Numbered from the stretch's first letter, positions 21,510 through 31,767 are shown. The stretch: DNA of 64,000 nt from a virus (IMGVR_UViG_3300030116_004255:17956-81955); one strand, 5' to 3'. Numbers and translations: made by a program. Notes: a model not told the origin generated them from the sequence alone.

Positions 21510-21789
21510 CTTTCCTCTTTCTAGTTAGTCCTCTTTCTTTTCTAATTTTCCTACGCTCTCTTTCTGATAGTCCACCCCATATACCAAACTTTTCATTATT
21601 CACTATGGAATATTCTAAACAGTGTTCTTGGGCAACACAGGAATTACATAATTCTTTTGCTTTTCTTGTGCTTGCACCTCTATCTGGAAAAAATAGATCA
21701 GGATCTTCGCCTATGCAGTTGGCATCAACCTGCCACCATAACTCTTGTAGTCTTAGTAGATTACTTAGAGCTTCCTGTTTATAGTCCAC
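21499..21789 (-). CDS. whiB: WhiB-family Fe-S transcription factor
   Basis: C..DPDLFFP..AKELCNSC....CL...GIWGGLSERER signature. Confidence 0.95.
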   Translation of the reverse strand: MDYKQEALSNLLRLQELWWQVDANCIGEDPDLFFPDRGASTRKAKELCNSCVAQEHCLEYSIVNNEKFGIWGGLSERERRKIRKERGLTRKRKDAK

Positions 21790-21938
21790 TGTTCACCCTT
21801 AATGATTTCATCAAATTGTTTGTTTACTTCTATCATTTGATTCACATTTTTTCTTGTGTACTCATTAAGGTGTGCGTGTAGCAAACCGTGGTAATTTAAA
21901 AATCCAATTAGCCAAGTGTATGTTGCTAGATCTAGCAT
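21765..21938 (-). CDS. 57-aa hypothetical (not in ORF track)
   Basis: TAATG-coupled; MLDLATYTWLIGFLNYHGLLHAHL... Confidence 0.55.
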   Translation of the reverse strand: MLDLATYTWLIGFLNYHGLLHAHLNEYTRKNVNQMIEVNKQFDEIIKGEQWTINRKL

Positions 21939-22576
21939 TAAACAAACACCTGTTTTTTATAAGGTGCTAATAATAACTTATCACTTTCTCTAAGTAATGG
22001 TCCATCGAAATATGCTAAAGGATCAGCATACTTTACATCTAAATCGCCGATGCGTTCTTCAATAACTGTGTTCATATTTGCCCCATTGGTCGAGTCCGCT
22101 AAATGAGTGTTCACAGCACCACTATCAGCGTTTGAACTTAAATTCAAACTCGACAATATTATTCTTGCACATATTCTTGCGCTTGTAAACTTTATATCGT
22201 CAGGAATTGTTGAATAGCCTGCATTGTAAGATACTGATATATTCTTAGGTTTAGCACCTGACCAACGACCTAATACTCTTTCTACTCTACCGTTAGAGTG
22301 AAATACAAAATCATTTTCATTACCTTCAGTAAGAGCATTACCATCTTCAGTGATAGAGCTGACAGAGTTTACAGGAATATGTTTTAAATTAATTTCTCTG
22401 TTATTGTCACCAAATAGTGTTTCAGTTTGATTTGCTGCCTCAACATCATATCCTAGATATGTTTTAATTATTTGATCAGCAAAGGGAATGATCGAATTGG
22501 TCACAGTTGTTTCAACTGTTGAACTTAGATCTACACCTAATATAGTTTCGACATCAGTGTAAGCGCAAAGAGCCAT
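21938..22576 (-). CDS. Head-tail adaptor
   Basis: PVNSVSSI, NISVSYNAGY..IPDDI, LLAPYK gp6/gp15-like motifs. Confidence 0.8.
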   Translation of the reverse strand: MALCAYTDVETILGVDLSSTVETTVTNSIIPFADQIIKTYLGYDVEAANQTETLFGDNNREINLKHIPVNSVSSITEDGNALTEGNENDFVFHSNGRVERVLGRWSGAKPKNISVSYNAGYSTIPDDIKFTSARICARIILSSLNLSSNADSGAVNTHLADSTNGANMNTVIEERIGDLDVKYADPLAYFDGPLLRESDKLLLAPYKKQVFV

Positions 22577-22587
22577 TTAGGATCTCC

Positions 22588-22830
22588 TTACTTATTTTCA
22601 GATGGTTTAACTGCTTTTGTTTCTACTTTTTTCTTTGGAGCTTCTTTTTTCTTAGCAGGAGCTTTTTTACCCCAACCTTTTTCTTTTAACCAGCTTTCTG
22701 GATATGTTTTTCCAGCTCCACCAATTTTAGAAGCATTTGATTTAGGAAGTTCAGCTTTAGGTCCTTCAAATAAAGTACCATCGCCTAATTCCCAAAGATC
22801 TTTTTCCAATTTAACGAATTTTTCACTCAT
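22588..22830 (-). CDS. Lys-rich hypothetical (head region)
   Basis: KKVETKAVKPSENK tail typical of post-capsid genes. Confidence 0.65.
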   Translation of the reverse strand: MSEKFVKLEKDLWELGDGTLFEGPKAELPKSNASKIGGAGKTYPESWLKEKGWGKKAPAKKKEAPKKKVETKAVKPSENK

Positions 22831-22853
22831 AATTATTTAATCCTAACTTATTT

Positions 22854-22916
22854 TTATCTCTTTTTAGGTCTTTTACCCATAGGCTTTTTTTTCTTTGGCT
22901 TATTATGATAAGGCAT
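22854..22916 (-). CDS. 20-aa highly basic peptide (not in ORF track)
   Basis: MPYHNKPKKKKPMGKRPKKR with AGAAAGGA RBS. Confidence 0.55.
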   Translation of the reverse strand: MPYHNKPKKKKPMGKRPKKR

Positions 22917-22997
22917 AATATTCCTTTCTGTCGTGGTAGGTGGCTAAGTATGCCCTTACTTTATATCGCTTTGAAACCTACCGATTGTATACAATCT

Positions 22998-23033
22998 AAA
23001 AAAATATAGGGGCTATTGCTAACCCCTATATTT
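22998..23033 (-). terminator. Intrinsic terminator after capsid gene
   Basis: AAATATAGGGG/CCCCTATATTT stem plus T-tract on minus strand. Confidence 0.8.
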
Positions 23034-23047
23034 AAAGTTAAATGCTA

Positions 23048-24289
23048 TTAAGCACTTGTGATCTTGTGGAAAGCCTCTTGTCTGTAAACAGGGAATCCAA
23101 CGCGCATTGTAGCTCTGATCACCATGATGTTCTTTGTAAAGTTTTCACCGTGGGAATCGCTAACTGCGACATCAATACCTTGCCTCATTACGACATGAGC
23201 TGCTTCACCGCCACCGAACTTACCAACTAGGATAGTTCCTTCAGAGATTGCAGTTGTTGGAACAACTTTTAATCCCCAAAGTTGGTTAGCTACTGCACCA
23301 GCGTATCCGCCTGCGGATGTGAACACTGGAGCTTTTGCTGCATAACCAGCAGATGATGTGCCAGCAAAATCTTCGTCTAATTGAAGAACGATTTGTGACC
23401 AATCATTTGGGTGGATTACGATAGCATCTGGCTCTGTGAAAGCATTTACTCTAATATCTGTAATTGCTCCATAGATTGCGCCAATTCTACCAAGTCCGCC
23501 TGCATAAGATCCATAAGCAGTAGATCCAACATTGGATTTTCCTGCGTCTAATAGACCTTCTAGGTTAGGTGATGTACCATCACCAGCAATAAGCTGACCG
23601 TCTAGTCTTAATCTCATCATGGTTTGTAGTCTAGAGTTCAAATATGATTCTAAACCGCTAACATCTTGCATCAACTCATCTGTGACTGGAATGTTAACAC
23701 CAAGTTTTGAGATTGTGGCTGTTCTCTCGGTGAATGCTAATGCTGCTTCTCCAACTGCTGCTGCTTCTGCGGCTTCAGCTGCGTTATTTGTGAAAGTAGT
23801 TTCTTCCAAATATACGAAAGCATTTTGATCTGTTTGAATTTGATCAAACAAGTTAATTACTGCATTAGGATCACGAAGAGCTGTTTCTAAAATACCAGGT
23901 TGTCTTAATGACTCTGGTGGGTATCCTGTTGTAGTTAAGTTTGTTTTTAACTCAAAAGGAACTGTGGATTGAATATTCTTCGCACCATTTTCGACATAGC
24001 TTTTGTAAGCTGCTGATTTCATAACCTCAGCACCGAAAGATCCAACTTTTGGCTCTTCTGATGGGTTAGGAACAGATGCTACTGCATTATCAGAAAGATC
24101 TAATTTAGATTTAGCTTCAGCTACTTTTAAATCATCTCTTAAAGATGCAAGTTCTTCATTTCTGTCAATGATTGCTTGCTTTTGCTCAGGGGTAGCACCA
24201 CCTTCTTGACCTTTAACTTCGTCAAAAAGATTTTTTAATTCACCAGACTTTTGCGCTATATCATCACGAGTTTTTACAACTTCGCTCAT
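23048..24289 (-). CDS. Major capsid protein, HK97 fold
   Basis: N-terminal coiled-coil delta domain; LWGLKVV, FTKNIMVIRA..R....V..EAF. Confidence 0.95.
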   Translation of the reverse strand: MSEVVKTRDDIAQKSGELKNLFDEVKGQEGGATPEQKQAIIDRNEELASLRDDLKVAEAKSKLDLSDNAVASVPNPSEEPKVGSFGAEVMKSAAYKSYVENGAKNIQSTVPFELKTNLTTTGYPPESLRQPGILETALRDPNAVINLFDQIQTDQNAFVYLEETTFTNNAAEAAEAAAVGEAALAFTERTATISKLGVNIPVTDELMQDVSGLESYLNSRLQTMMRLRLDGQLIAGDGTSPNLEGLLDAGKSNVGSTAYGSYAGGLGRIGAIYGAITDIRVNAFTEPDAIVIHPNDWSQIVLQLDEDFAGTSSAGYAAKAPVFTSAGGYAGAVANQLWGLKVVPTTAISEGTILVGKFGGGEAAHVVMRQGIDVAVSDSHGENFTKNIMVIRATMRVGFPVYRQEAFHKITSA

Positions 24290-24294
24290 AATAT

Positions 24295-25785
24295 TTACTC
24301 CTCAATAATCTCGTTATCTTGTACTTCTACATCGACTAATATTGAGTCTGTTAAGATTTCTTGTGATTCAAGCCATAGCTTGTCCAACTCGTCATCTAGG
24401 ACTTCTTCTGTTGGTAATTCAGCTTCGTCAATAGGATCTTCCTCTGTTCTTTCGTCCCCTGTGTCTACTTCTGGTTCAGGATCTGCCACAACGGTTTCTA
24501 CTTCAGCTTGCGCCTCAACAGTTTCCTCTGCTTTAGGTTCTTCCTCAGTTGTATCTACTGGTTCTGTTTGAACTTCGGTTTCCTCGACTTCTACTTCATT
24601 TACAACTTCTGCTGTTTCTGACAAATCGCCCTCACTTCCAAATTCATCTACGAATTTATCTATTTCCGCAAAAGCGTCTGAAACGCTTTCTTGGACTGCT
24701 CTGAGAGCTTCTGTCGCTGAAACTCCCAACTTCCTACCATTCTTTTGCCTGAGTTCCCCAATGGATTGAACTCTGGCCACTAGGCTATTCAATGCAGCAA
24801 GCACATCTTTTACCTCATCAGAAAATCGCTTACCTTGCACGCTGGCACGATCTTCTAAAACCTCTTCGCCTTTTACTACTGACATTTTTTTTGCTATTTC
24901 ATTTAACAGATCTAGCGAGTCTTGATCTGTTGGTACTTCTTTGAGTATGTCTTTCATATTCAAAGCTATGTCATTTAAAACTTCCATAGCTTTTTTGGTT
25001 TTACCCATTACTTTGTCATAGTCTTCGTGTGTAGCACACGGCATATAAAAAATTTGTCCATCTGCGTCATGAGTATGTGATCCACTGCAACCTAATTGTT
25101 TAGCACGATCTTCAGCTTCTTCTGCTGACATATACATATCGCCAGTAGGTTTTGCTTTTTCTTCTTTCATACCCTCTTTAGCACATTTACCTGTCTTGTC
25201 GTAATCACACTCACCATATCCTTTTTCTTCCTCTTCAGGATCTTCTTTTTGGATACTGTCGTGTGATAAAACACCTTTTTGATCTGTATCATCTTTTTGA
25301 CTTTTTATAGCCATAGTAAATGTTTCTTGATTAGCACCGACTAATACTGGGCTTACTTCATAAACGCTTAGATCTTTTAAGTATCTAACATCTTGTTCTT
25401 CGTCATTTGCACTTTTAGCAAACTTACCATATTCACTGTCATTTACTCTAAAACCAAATGACCATTGTTGTAGATTACCCATATTCTTGACGAGCTTGTA
25501 GGCCTCTGCACCAGACTCGGTGTCCATAAAAAATTCACCGTCAAAAATTGCTTTCTCTTCGTCTTTTACAATTTTACCTTTACCGATTGGTTTATCCCAT
25601 TGGTGCGCCCAGACCATTGGTACTGTTTCTGATTCTTTATCAAAGCCTGATTTGATAGCTTGTGGTAATACAACATCGCCATCTGTATCAATGTCGTTGA
25701 ACAGTGAGAATACTGCTGCAACCTTTCCTTTTTCCTCGTCACCTTCTTTAAATTCTACTTGTATTTTTTTATACTCGTCTGACAT
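24295..25785 (-). CDS. HK97-type prohead protease with long C-terminal extension
   Basis: DTDGDVV..H.W..PIG, WSFGF, EVSPVLVGAN; likely start 25785 with GGAG RBS. Confidence 0.9.
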   Translation of the reverse strand: MSDEYKKIQVEFKEGDEEKGKVAAVFSLFNDIDTDGDVVLPQAIKSGFDKESETVPMVWAHQWDKPIGKGKIVKDEEKAIFDGEFFMDTESGAEAYKLVKNMGNLQQWSFGFRVNDSEYGKFAKSANDEEQDVRYLKDLSVYEVSPVLVGANQETFTMAIKSQKDDTDQKGVLSHDSIQKEDPEEEEKGYGECDYDKTGKCAKEGMKEEKAKPTGDMYMSAEEAEDRAKQLGCSGSHTHDADGQIFYMPCATHEDYDKVMGKTKKAMEVLNDIALNMKDILKEVPTDQDSLDLLNEIAKKMSVVKGEEVLEDRASVQGKRFSDEVKDVLAALNSLVARVQSIGELRQKNGRKLGVSATEALRAVQESVSDAFAEIDKFVDEFGSEGDLSETAEVVNEVEVEETEVQTEPVDTTEEEPKAEETVEAQAEVETVVADPEPEVDTGDERTEEDPIDEAELPTEEVLDDELDKLWLESQEILTDSILVDVEVQDNEIIEE

Positions 25786-25919
25786 AGCATTTAACTCCAA
25801 TTCAAAAATATATTTTCTATCGCTATTATGCAATATTAACTAAAAATTTTTTACTTTTGTGTATTTACGATAGCCAACAGTAAATACTCAAATGTTGCAT
25901 ACTAGTGGTATAATTGCCT

Positions 25920-26159
25920 ATGGACGATATATTAGTGATTGCGACACTTCATATCTCCTCTGGAAGTTTCCAGATGACTGTAAAGTCTGACAAGACTGCG
26001 ACTGCGGAAATTTTCGGTGAATTAATCACATTAAAAATGATTAATAATAAAATAGAAATATCAGACAAGTTCAGCGCTAGTCAATTTAAAGGCGGTGCTG
26101 AAGAAAGAGATGAATTAATCAAATGGCTGAAACAAACAATGAAAGAAGCGCTAGCATAG
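25920..26159 (+). CDS. Hypothetical, antisense insertion in head operon
   Basis: TGnTATAAT 5 nt before ATG (leaderless). Confidence 0.6.
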   Translation: MDDILVIATLHISSGSFQMTVKSDKTATAEIFGELITLKMINNKIEISDKFSASQFKGGAEERDELIKWLKQTMKEALA

Positions 26160-26353
26160 ATAGTTCAAATGACAACTTTGCTCTTTTTATGGACGCTATA
26201 TCAGTATCAGATCGATCCAACAGAAATAAAATTATAACTGATTGGTTGGCTGTTTTATCTGCATCTGATCAAGATAGATTAGTTAACAAACTAAAAAATC
26301 GTGGTATTGAATATCAACCAAAAGAAAATTCTAGATTTTTTGAAAATTCTTAA
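26123..26353 (+). CDS. Hypothetical, antisense insertion
   Basis: 76 aa filling the gap to the portal stop. Confidence 0.55.
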   Translation: MAETNNERSASIDSSNDNFALFMDAISVSDRSNRNKIITDWLAVLSASDQDRLVNKLKNRGIEYQPKENSRFFENS

Positions 26354-28977
26354 TTTCTGAAGTCTTTAATTTTTCTTAATTTAGATATTGGTTGAGTGAC
26401 TGACCTGTCAGTTTTCTTATGTGATCCATCTTCCATAATAGCCCACACAACCATAGTGGCTTCGTTATCAGTGTTATTTACTGAACTAACTATTCCGTGA
26501 ACAGTTGATGGCGGATCAGGATCTTTATTTATTGACCAAGAAACAGCATCTCCCACTTTTACTGAATCTGCTTTTTCAGATCTAGCTGAGTTCATTTCTA
26601 CTTCTGATAAGGCCTCGGCCTCTTCAGTAGATACATTTATTTCCTCAATAACATCAAAAGCATTTTTCTTAGAACTTAGTGGATGACTGCTAGGTAGTAA
26701 ATCAGTATCGTATGGTTTTCTTTTAAACTTACCTGTTCTTAAAGCTCTTAATAGGCCATTCACTCTGGCCATTGCCCACTGGGCTGGACCTGCAACATTA
26801 CCTCTTACTGATCCAGGGTTATTTTGATACGCTGCTAAACCTCTGTTATAACAAGCAGTCAACATTCTTAAAGTTGCTCTATGTCTAGGATTTTTAGCGT
26901 TATGATCGTCTACTTTTTTCTGCAATGCTTTTCTTGTTGCTGCACTAAGAGCTTTAGCTTCTATTTCATCTAGTAAAGCCTCTTGTATCTTTCTTCTTTC
27001 ACGAATAACTTTTTTGTATTCGTTAACTGTTTTTTTCATAGCACTAACACCAGTTTTTGTAGTACCGCCCCATTTCATTACAGCAATGTATCCATTTAGT
27101 TTTGTATTACCAGAGTGTCTGGCCATAAAACTTTCACGCCTTTTAACCCAGTTCAATACTGATTCTGATCTATCGCCAGATCTGTATTTTGTCCACCTGT
27201 TGAAAGCATCATTACCAGTAAAAGAGGTTGGTGGATTACCACCTGTACCAGCTCTACGCCAGATTTCAGGCCAGTTCTCTTTAAGATCTTTTACATAGTT
27301 ATAATCTGGAAATTGTTTAAATTTGCTATTACTAATCGATATAGTTTGGTTATCTCCAGAACTTGGAAAGTTTGTTTTCTTTGGTGCTTTACCTTCTTTT
27401 TTCATACGACCTAAAGCGTTTCTTGCTTGATCTTCATTTTCATAACATTTAATTACTTCGTTAGTATCGTGATCTAATATACACCAAGCACCATTAGGCA
27501 TTTCAGCAACATACTTTTCCTCATTCAATTCAGTAGGTTTTGGTTTTAAAATTTGTGATCTAATTGACTCAACATCAACAGAAATAGTTGTCATAACTTT
27601 TTCTTTAAGTTCTTGCATATCATTTCTTAGTTTCGCTACTTCTTCCTCTGTTGTGATTTCTGGTTGTTCTGTTTCCTCAACAGGTTTAGCGTCTATTGAT
27701 CTTTCAACCATATTCATAGGTCTTAAATATATATCGTGTGTTTCATCTGAATTAAGGCCTGCTTGTTTTCTGGCCTCTCCGATTGTGATCCAACCACCCT
27801 GAACAGCAGTATTCATTCTTTTATAAATATCATCTTTGTCTTGTGATAAAGCCCTTACATCTTCTAAATTGTAATTTACATACATACCCTCAGCGTCATA
27901 ATCTTTTCTAAGAAGTTGATGTGTTAACTCTGACGCAACTGATTTCCATAAAGGTACTAATTTTTGTTCTGTAAAAAATTCTCTAAGTTCTCTGGTGTTG
28001 TTATAAGTAGCTGCGTCCAAACCAGCACCTAAACCTGCAAGAATAGCTGGGACACCAAGAACTGCTGATACTCTTTCTTCTGGTAATTTTCTTAACTCTG
28101 TTAAATTCATTTGATCAGGTGAGAAAGATACGACTTCTACATTCATAGATCCAGATAAGACCATAGGTGCGCCACGATTTTTTCCGCCAAACTTTTGTTT
28201 GTACATAGCGGATATTGCTTCGGCCTCTTCTTTTGAGGGTCCGCCCATTGAGTCATCTTTTGGTGAGAGGATGACACCTGGTACAGCCATGTTATGTAAG
28301 AGTGCTGCTGCATACTGTCCTGCGGCCTCGTCACCTAAAATTTCTCTTAATACAGATTTTAGAGGAGCAAAGCCTCGCCTATGGTTATTTGGATCAATTC
28401 CGTTTCGGATATGCACTATATCATTGGTTGGAACGACTATACTATTACCCCCAAGTCCACCGTGAGGTGCATACTTGAAGTGAGTTATTAAAGTATCTTC
28501 ATTACCTTTTGGTTCAACTAAGTTAGGCATCAAAGGAACTAGCTGTACCACATTTCCATCTGAGTTTCGGTTTTTATATAAAAAAGCATCTCCATAAGCA
28601 GATAAAGCAACAACTATGTAATGTGCTAATAGGTTTCCAGAAGTAAAAGGATTTGGCCTATCAAGTAGTTTTGATAAAGGGTGTTGTTTGACTACTTCTT
28701 GATCTCCATCTTCTTGATCAGTTAAAACTCTTATTCTTGGTTCTGCAAAAGAAGTTGCTAAAACATTTAAACAAGCGACTACTGCTGAGTTATTAGATCC
28801 ATCACCAATATCATCTAATTGTGAAACAGGCCAATAACCTGAGTCTGTATTATATCCGTAAACCGCTCTGTCTAAACTTGTTTGTTGATTGTATCTACTG
28901 TATTTTTGTTCTTGTCTTTTCGTAGGTGCGTTTAAATAATCTACTACTCTTCTGTACCTCGATTTATTCTCAGCCAT
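26350..28977 (-). CDS. Portal protein (HK97 family) with about 430-aa C-terminal accessory domains
   Basis: SAVVAC, HPLSKLLDRPNP, PGVIL, VSAVLGVP, GWITIGEAR. Confidence 0.93.
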   Translation of the reverse strand: MAENKSRYRRVVDYLNAPTKRQEQKYSRYNQQTSLDRAVYGYNTDSGYWPVSQLDDIGDGSNNSAVVACLNVLATSFAEPRIRVLTDQEDGDQEVVKQHPLSKLLDRPNPFTSGNLLAHYIVVALSAYGDAFLYKNRNSDGNVVQLVPLMPNLVEPKGNEDTLITHFKYAPHGGLGGNSIVVPTNDIVHIRNGIDPNNHRRGFAPLKSVLREILGDEAAGQYAAALLHNMAVPGVILSPKDDSMGGPSKEEAEAISAMYKQKFGGKNRGAPMVLSGSMNVEVVSFSPDQMNLTELRKLPEERVSAVLGVPAILAGLGAGLDAATYNNTRELREFFTEQKLVPLWKSVASELTHQLLRKDYDAEGMYVNYNLEDVRALSQDKDDIYKRMNTAVQGGWITIGEARKQAGLNSDETHDIYLRPMNMVERSIDAKPVEETEQPEITTEEEVAKLRNDMQELKEKVMTTISVDVESIRSQILKPKPTELNEEKYVAEMPNGAWCILDHDTNEVIKCYENEDQARNALGRMKKEGKAPKKTNFPSSGDNQTISISNSKFKQFPDYNYVKDLKENWPEIWRRAGTGGNPPTSFTGNDAFNRWTKYRSGDRSESVLNWVKRRESFMARHSGNTKLNGYIAVMKWGGTTKTGVSAMKKTVNEYKKVIRERRKIQEALLDEIEAKALSAATRKALQKKVDDHNAKNPRHRATLRMLTACYNRGLAAYQNNPGSVRGNVAGPAQWAMARVNGLLRALRTGKFKRKPYDTDLLPSSHPLSSKKNAFDVIEEINVSTEEAEALSEVEMNSARSEKADSVKVGDAVSWSINKDPDPPSTVHGIVSSVNNTDNEATMVVWAIMEDGSHKKTDRSVTQPISKLRKIKDFRN

Positions 28978-30222
28978 TTAGTAAGCACTCCATTCTCGTC
29001 TTATTTGTGCGCTTATAATTCCATATCCTATTGCGTCTACAATGTCATCATGATGACCTACTGGAAATGTCATTAATTCTCTTTCCACTTCCACTAACCA
29101 AGTAGCGCCCTGTCTGAAATAAACATCTCCAGCTTCCATACGAGCAGCTAGAGGTAAAGCTCTTGAAACTTTATCTTTATCTGCACGCAACTCTTTAACG
29201 GCTAGTCCATCTCGTTTCGCAAACTGAATAAGCGAAAGCTGGAAACCTGCTCGTTCCATACCAACCCATTGTAAATCATATTCTGCCATTTTTTGTCTTA
29301 TTCGAGGTATTATGTCAGGAGCTTCCATACGCTTTCGATCAACATCTAAGACTAAAATTTTACCTTTTGGTGTTATTGCAAAGCTAGCTATTACTGTATA
29401 ATCAGCACCTTTTTCGACAGAAGTAGCTAAGTCAACTGTGCAAAATCTAGTACATTCGTATAGATCTATGTTTTCACCACTAGCAAAAAACATACCATTT
29501 TTTTCTTTAAAGTACCTTAACCACTCTGGTTGTAGTATTCCCTGTCCTGCTTCTACAAATTCAGCTAAATATTCTTGTGCAAAAACTATTGATCCTACTT
29601 CGTCTTTGGCCTTTTCAACCTCTTCTCTTTCAATAAAAGGATTATCCCAAGTAGCAAATTGGAATCTTTCCCAATCAGGTTTATCTTGTGCAAACTCCCA
29701 TAATTCATAAAACCAATTATTCATACCCATAGGTGTACTAATAAATAAAGCTGATCCTCTTCTTTCAGTTAAAGTAGGCCTTAACACCTGGTGCCATACA
29801 TCTGGTTTTACGAAAGCAGCCTCGTCCATTACTAAGAAATCCAAACCCTCACCTCGAAGTCTATGTGGTGTATCTGCTGATCTTACTGCTATTGATCCAC
29901 CGCCAGGAAACTTAACTTCCATATTAACTAACGATATTTCTGGCTCTATTGCTTCTGGAAAAGATCTTGCTGCCTCTAAAATATCACGCCAACCAACACG
30001 AGCAATAGTATAAGTTGGTGCAACCCACCAAGCTCTTTTACCAGCTAAAGCAATTTGTAAGCATAATTGGACACCAAGTCTTGATTTTCCAAATCGTCTA
30101 CCAGCACATAAAATTTTCCAACGAGCATCGCTTTCTGTGACTTTTAGTTGAGCCTCGTGTAGTGGTGGTAGTTTAGCAATGGCTTTTCTACCATCTTTCA
30201 TCTTTACTTGTGTTTCCATCAA
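28978..30222 (-). CDS. terL: Terminase large subunit
   Basis: Walker A GRRFGKS, Walker B LVMDEAA, ISTP, C-terminal HDDIVDA nuclease. Confidence 0.95.
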   Translation of the reverse strand: MMETQVKMKDGRKAIAKLPPLHEAQLKVTESDARWKILCAGRRFGKSRLGVQLCLQIALAGKRAWWVAPTYTIARVGWRDILEAARSFPEAIEPEISLVNMEVKFPGGGSIAVRSADTPHRLRGEGLDFLVMDEAAFVKPDVWHQVLRPTLTERRGSALFISTPMGMNNWFYELWEFAQDKPDWERFQFATWDNPFIEREEVEKAKDEVGSIVFAQEYLAEFVEAGQGILQPEWLRYFKEKNGMFFASGENIDLYECTRFCTVDLATSVEKGADYTVIASFAITPKGKILVLDVDRKRMEAPDIIPRIRQKMAEYDLQWVGMERAGFQLSLIQFAKRDGLAVKELRADKDKVSRALPLAARMEAGDVYFRQGATWLVEVERELMTFPVGHHDDIVDAIGYGIISAQIRREWSAY

Positions 30223-30237
30223 GTAAAGTATAGCGAT

Positions 30238-31299
30238 TTATTTGATCAGAACTAGTATGTAGGCGAAGTCGTCTAATAGTTTCTTATTAGCTATTGCTTC
30301 TATTTGATCTTCTCTTGTATATTTCTTTTTAGTATGTGTTGCAATAAATTCATTAACGCCAAATTCTGTGCTGTCGTAGATTAAAGAAAATGTATTTTCT
30401 AATTTCATAGTTTCAAACTCTGGTGATATAACAATCAGCTTTGATCCTGTTTTCATATATTGATTAAAGTTTAAAATATTAGCTTTTAAATAATTTTCTG
30501 GATCAACCTCTAAAGAACTATCGTCAACAACATCAAGCATATTTAAAATTACTACATCGGCTTGGGTTATTTCGTCAGGCCACATTTCATTAACAAAATC
30601 AAATTTAGAAACTTTTTTAGTTAGTAAGTTTGGGTTTAGATCATAACTAGCAACTTTATAACCCATAGCTAAACCTATGTCGTATGTCACTTGGTACTTA
30701 TCTGATATATCAATAATTTTTGTATTGTCTGGATCGTCACCAAAAAAGTAAAGCAAATTTGCAATCATTTGAGGTGGTGTCTTTTTAGTGCTGTCATACC
30801 CAAACAATTCATTGTTTATTCCAAATGACCAGTTGTTTGTAGGTTTGAAGTTTATATTAAGCGTATCAAGATCAACATTTGTATTTGTTGATTCTAATTT
30901 TTCTACAATCTTTTGTTTTTTTACAAGTGTCCTCAAAGCCTTAACACTCATTTTTTTATCGTAAGCTGTTTTTAAATATTTGTCTTGATCTTGCTCTTGT
31001 AAGGACGCTACTTCTTGATGATGAGAAAAAGTAAGTTCTTTTACTCTACGCTCTGAAGGTATTTTATTAGCCACATAAGAGGCGGTTGCAAATGTTGAAT
31101 AAGGAATATCCATATCCAAAGCCTGCGCTGCTAATTCGCCGTACTTTCTTTCGCCAAAATTCCACCAGTCACCAATCCACCACATTATATTTTGAGTGGC
31201 CTGAATTAAATTTTTTCCTATTTCTATCCACTGATCATAAGTTGTATCGTCAGCAAATACATAGTAATTAGAATCTCTGTGTGTAGTTATCTCTCCCAT
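30238..31299 (-). CDS. LmbU-like N-terminal domain fused to degenerate methyltransferase fold
   Basis: WWIGDW..GERKYG, LTFSHHQEVA; C-terminal YDLNP present but FxGxG and DPPY absent. Confidence 0.55.
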   Translation of the reverse strand: MGEITTHRDSNYYVFADDTTYDQWIEIGKNLIQATQNIMWWIGDWWNFGERKYGELAAQALDMDIPYSTFATASYVANKIPSERRVKELTFSHHQEVASLQEQDQDKYLKTAYDKKMSVKALRTLVKKQKIVEKLESTNTNVDLDTLNINFKPTNNWSFGINNELFGYDSTKKTPPQMIANLLYFFGDDPDNTKIIDISDKYQVTYDIGLAMGYKVASYDLNPNLLTKKVSKFDFVNEMWPDEITQADVVILNMLDVVDDSSLEVDPENYLKANILNFNQYMKTGSKLIVISPEFETMKLENTFSLIYDSTEFGVNEFIATHTKKKYTREDQIEAIANKKLLDDFAYILVLIK

Positions 31300-31330
31300 A
31301 CTGTTATTTTACTACCTTTCTGTTATATGC

Positions 31331-31392
31331 AATTAAATAAAAAAAATCTGATAGCCCCTAGACAAACAAAGCAAACTAGGGGATACCAGAAA
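31331..31392 (-). terminator. Intrinsic terminator after thioredoxin
   Basis: CCCCTAG/CTAGGGG stem, T-tract on minus strand. Confidence 0.6.
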
Positions 31393-31394
31393 TA

Positions 31395-31718
31395 TCAAAC
31401 AACTATGTGTTTCTTAAAGCTGTCTTTTATGTTTCCAATATTTACATTAGATCTAACCTCTGCGACAGGTACACCTAACTTGAAAGCAATAAATGTAGGT
31501 ACAGACTGAATTTGATAATGATTTGCTATCGTTGGATTTTTATCAATATCTACTGCAACAAACTCACAATCTTGATCAGCCCAGTCATTAGAAAGATCTT
31601 CTACTGCTGGGGTGATTTGTTTGCATGGCTGACACCAATCTGCTTCAAACTTTACAACGGTGGTTGTGTCCCTAAGAACTGCATTTGTAAAATCTTCACC
31701 GTTAACTTTTCGAATCAT
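31395..31718 (-). CDS. trxA: Thioredoxin
   Basis: FEADWCQPCK active site; IQSVPTF. Confidence 0.92.
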   Translation of the reverse strand: MIRKVNGEDFTNAVLRDTTTVVKFEADWCQPCKQITPAVEDLSNDWADQDCEFVAVDIDKNPTIANHYQIQSVPTFIAFKLGVPVAEVRSNVNIGNIKDSFKKHIVV

Positions 31719-31767
31719 AGTTTTTTAATAATAACATAATTCAGAAATAATTAAGTAAAATTTAAAT

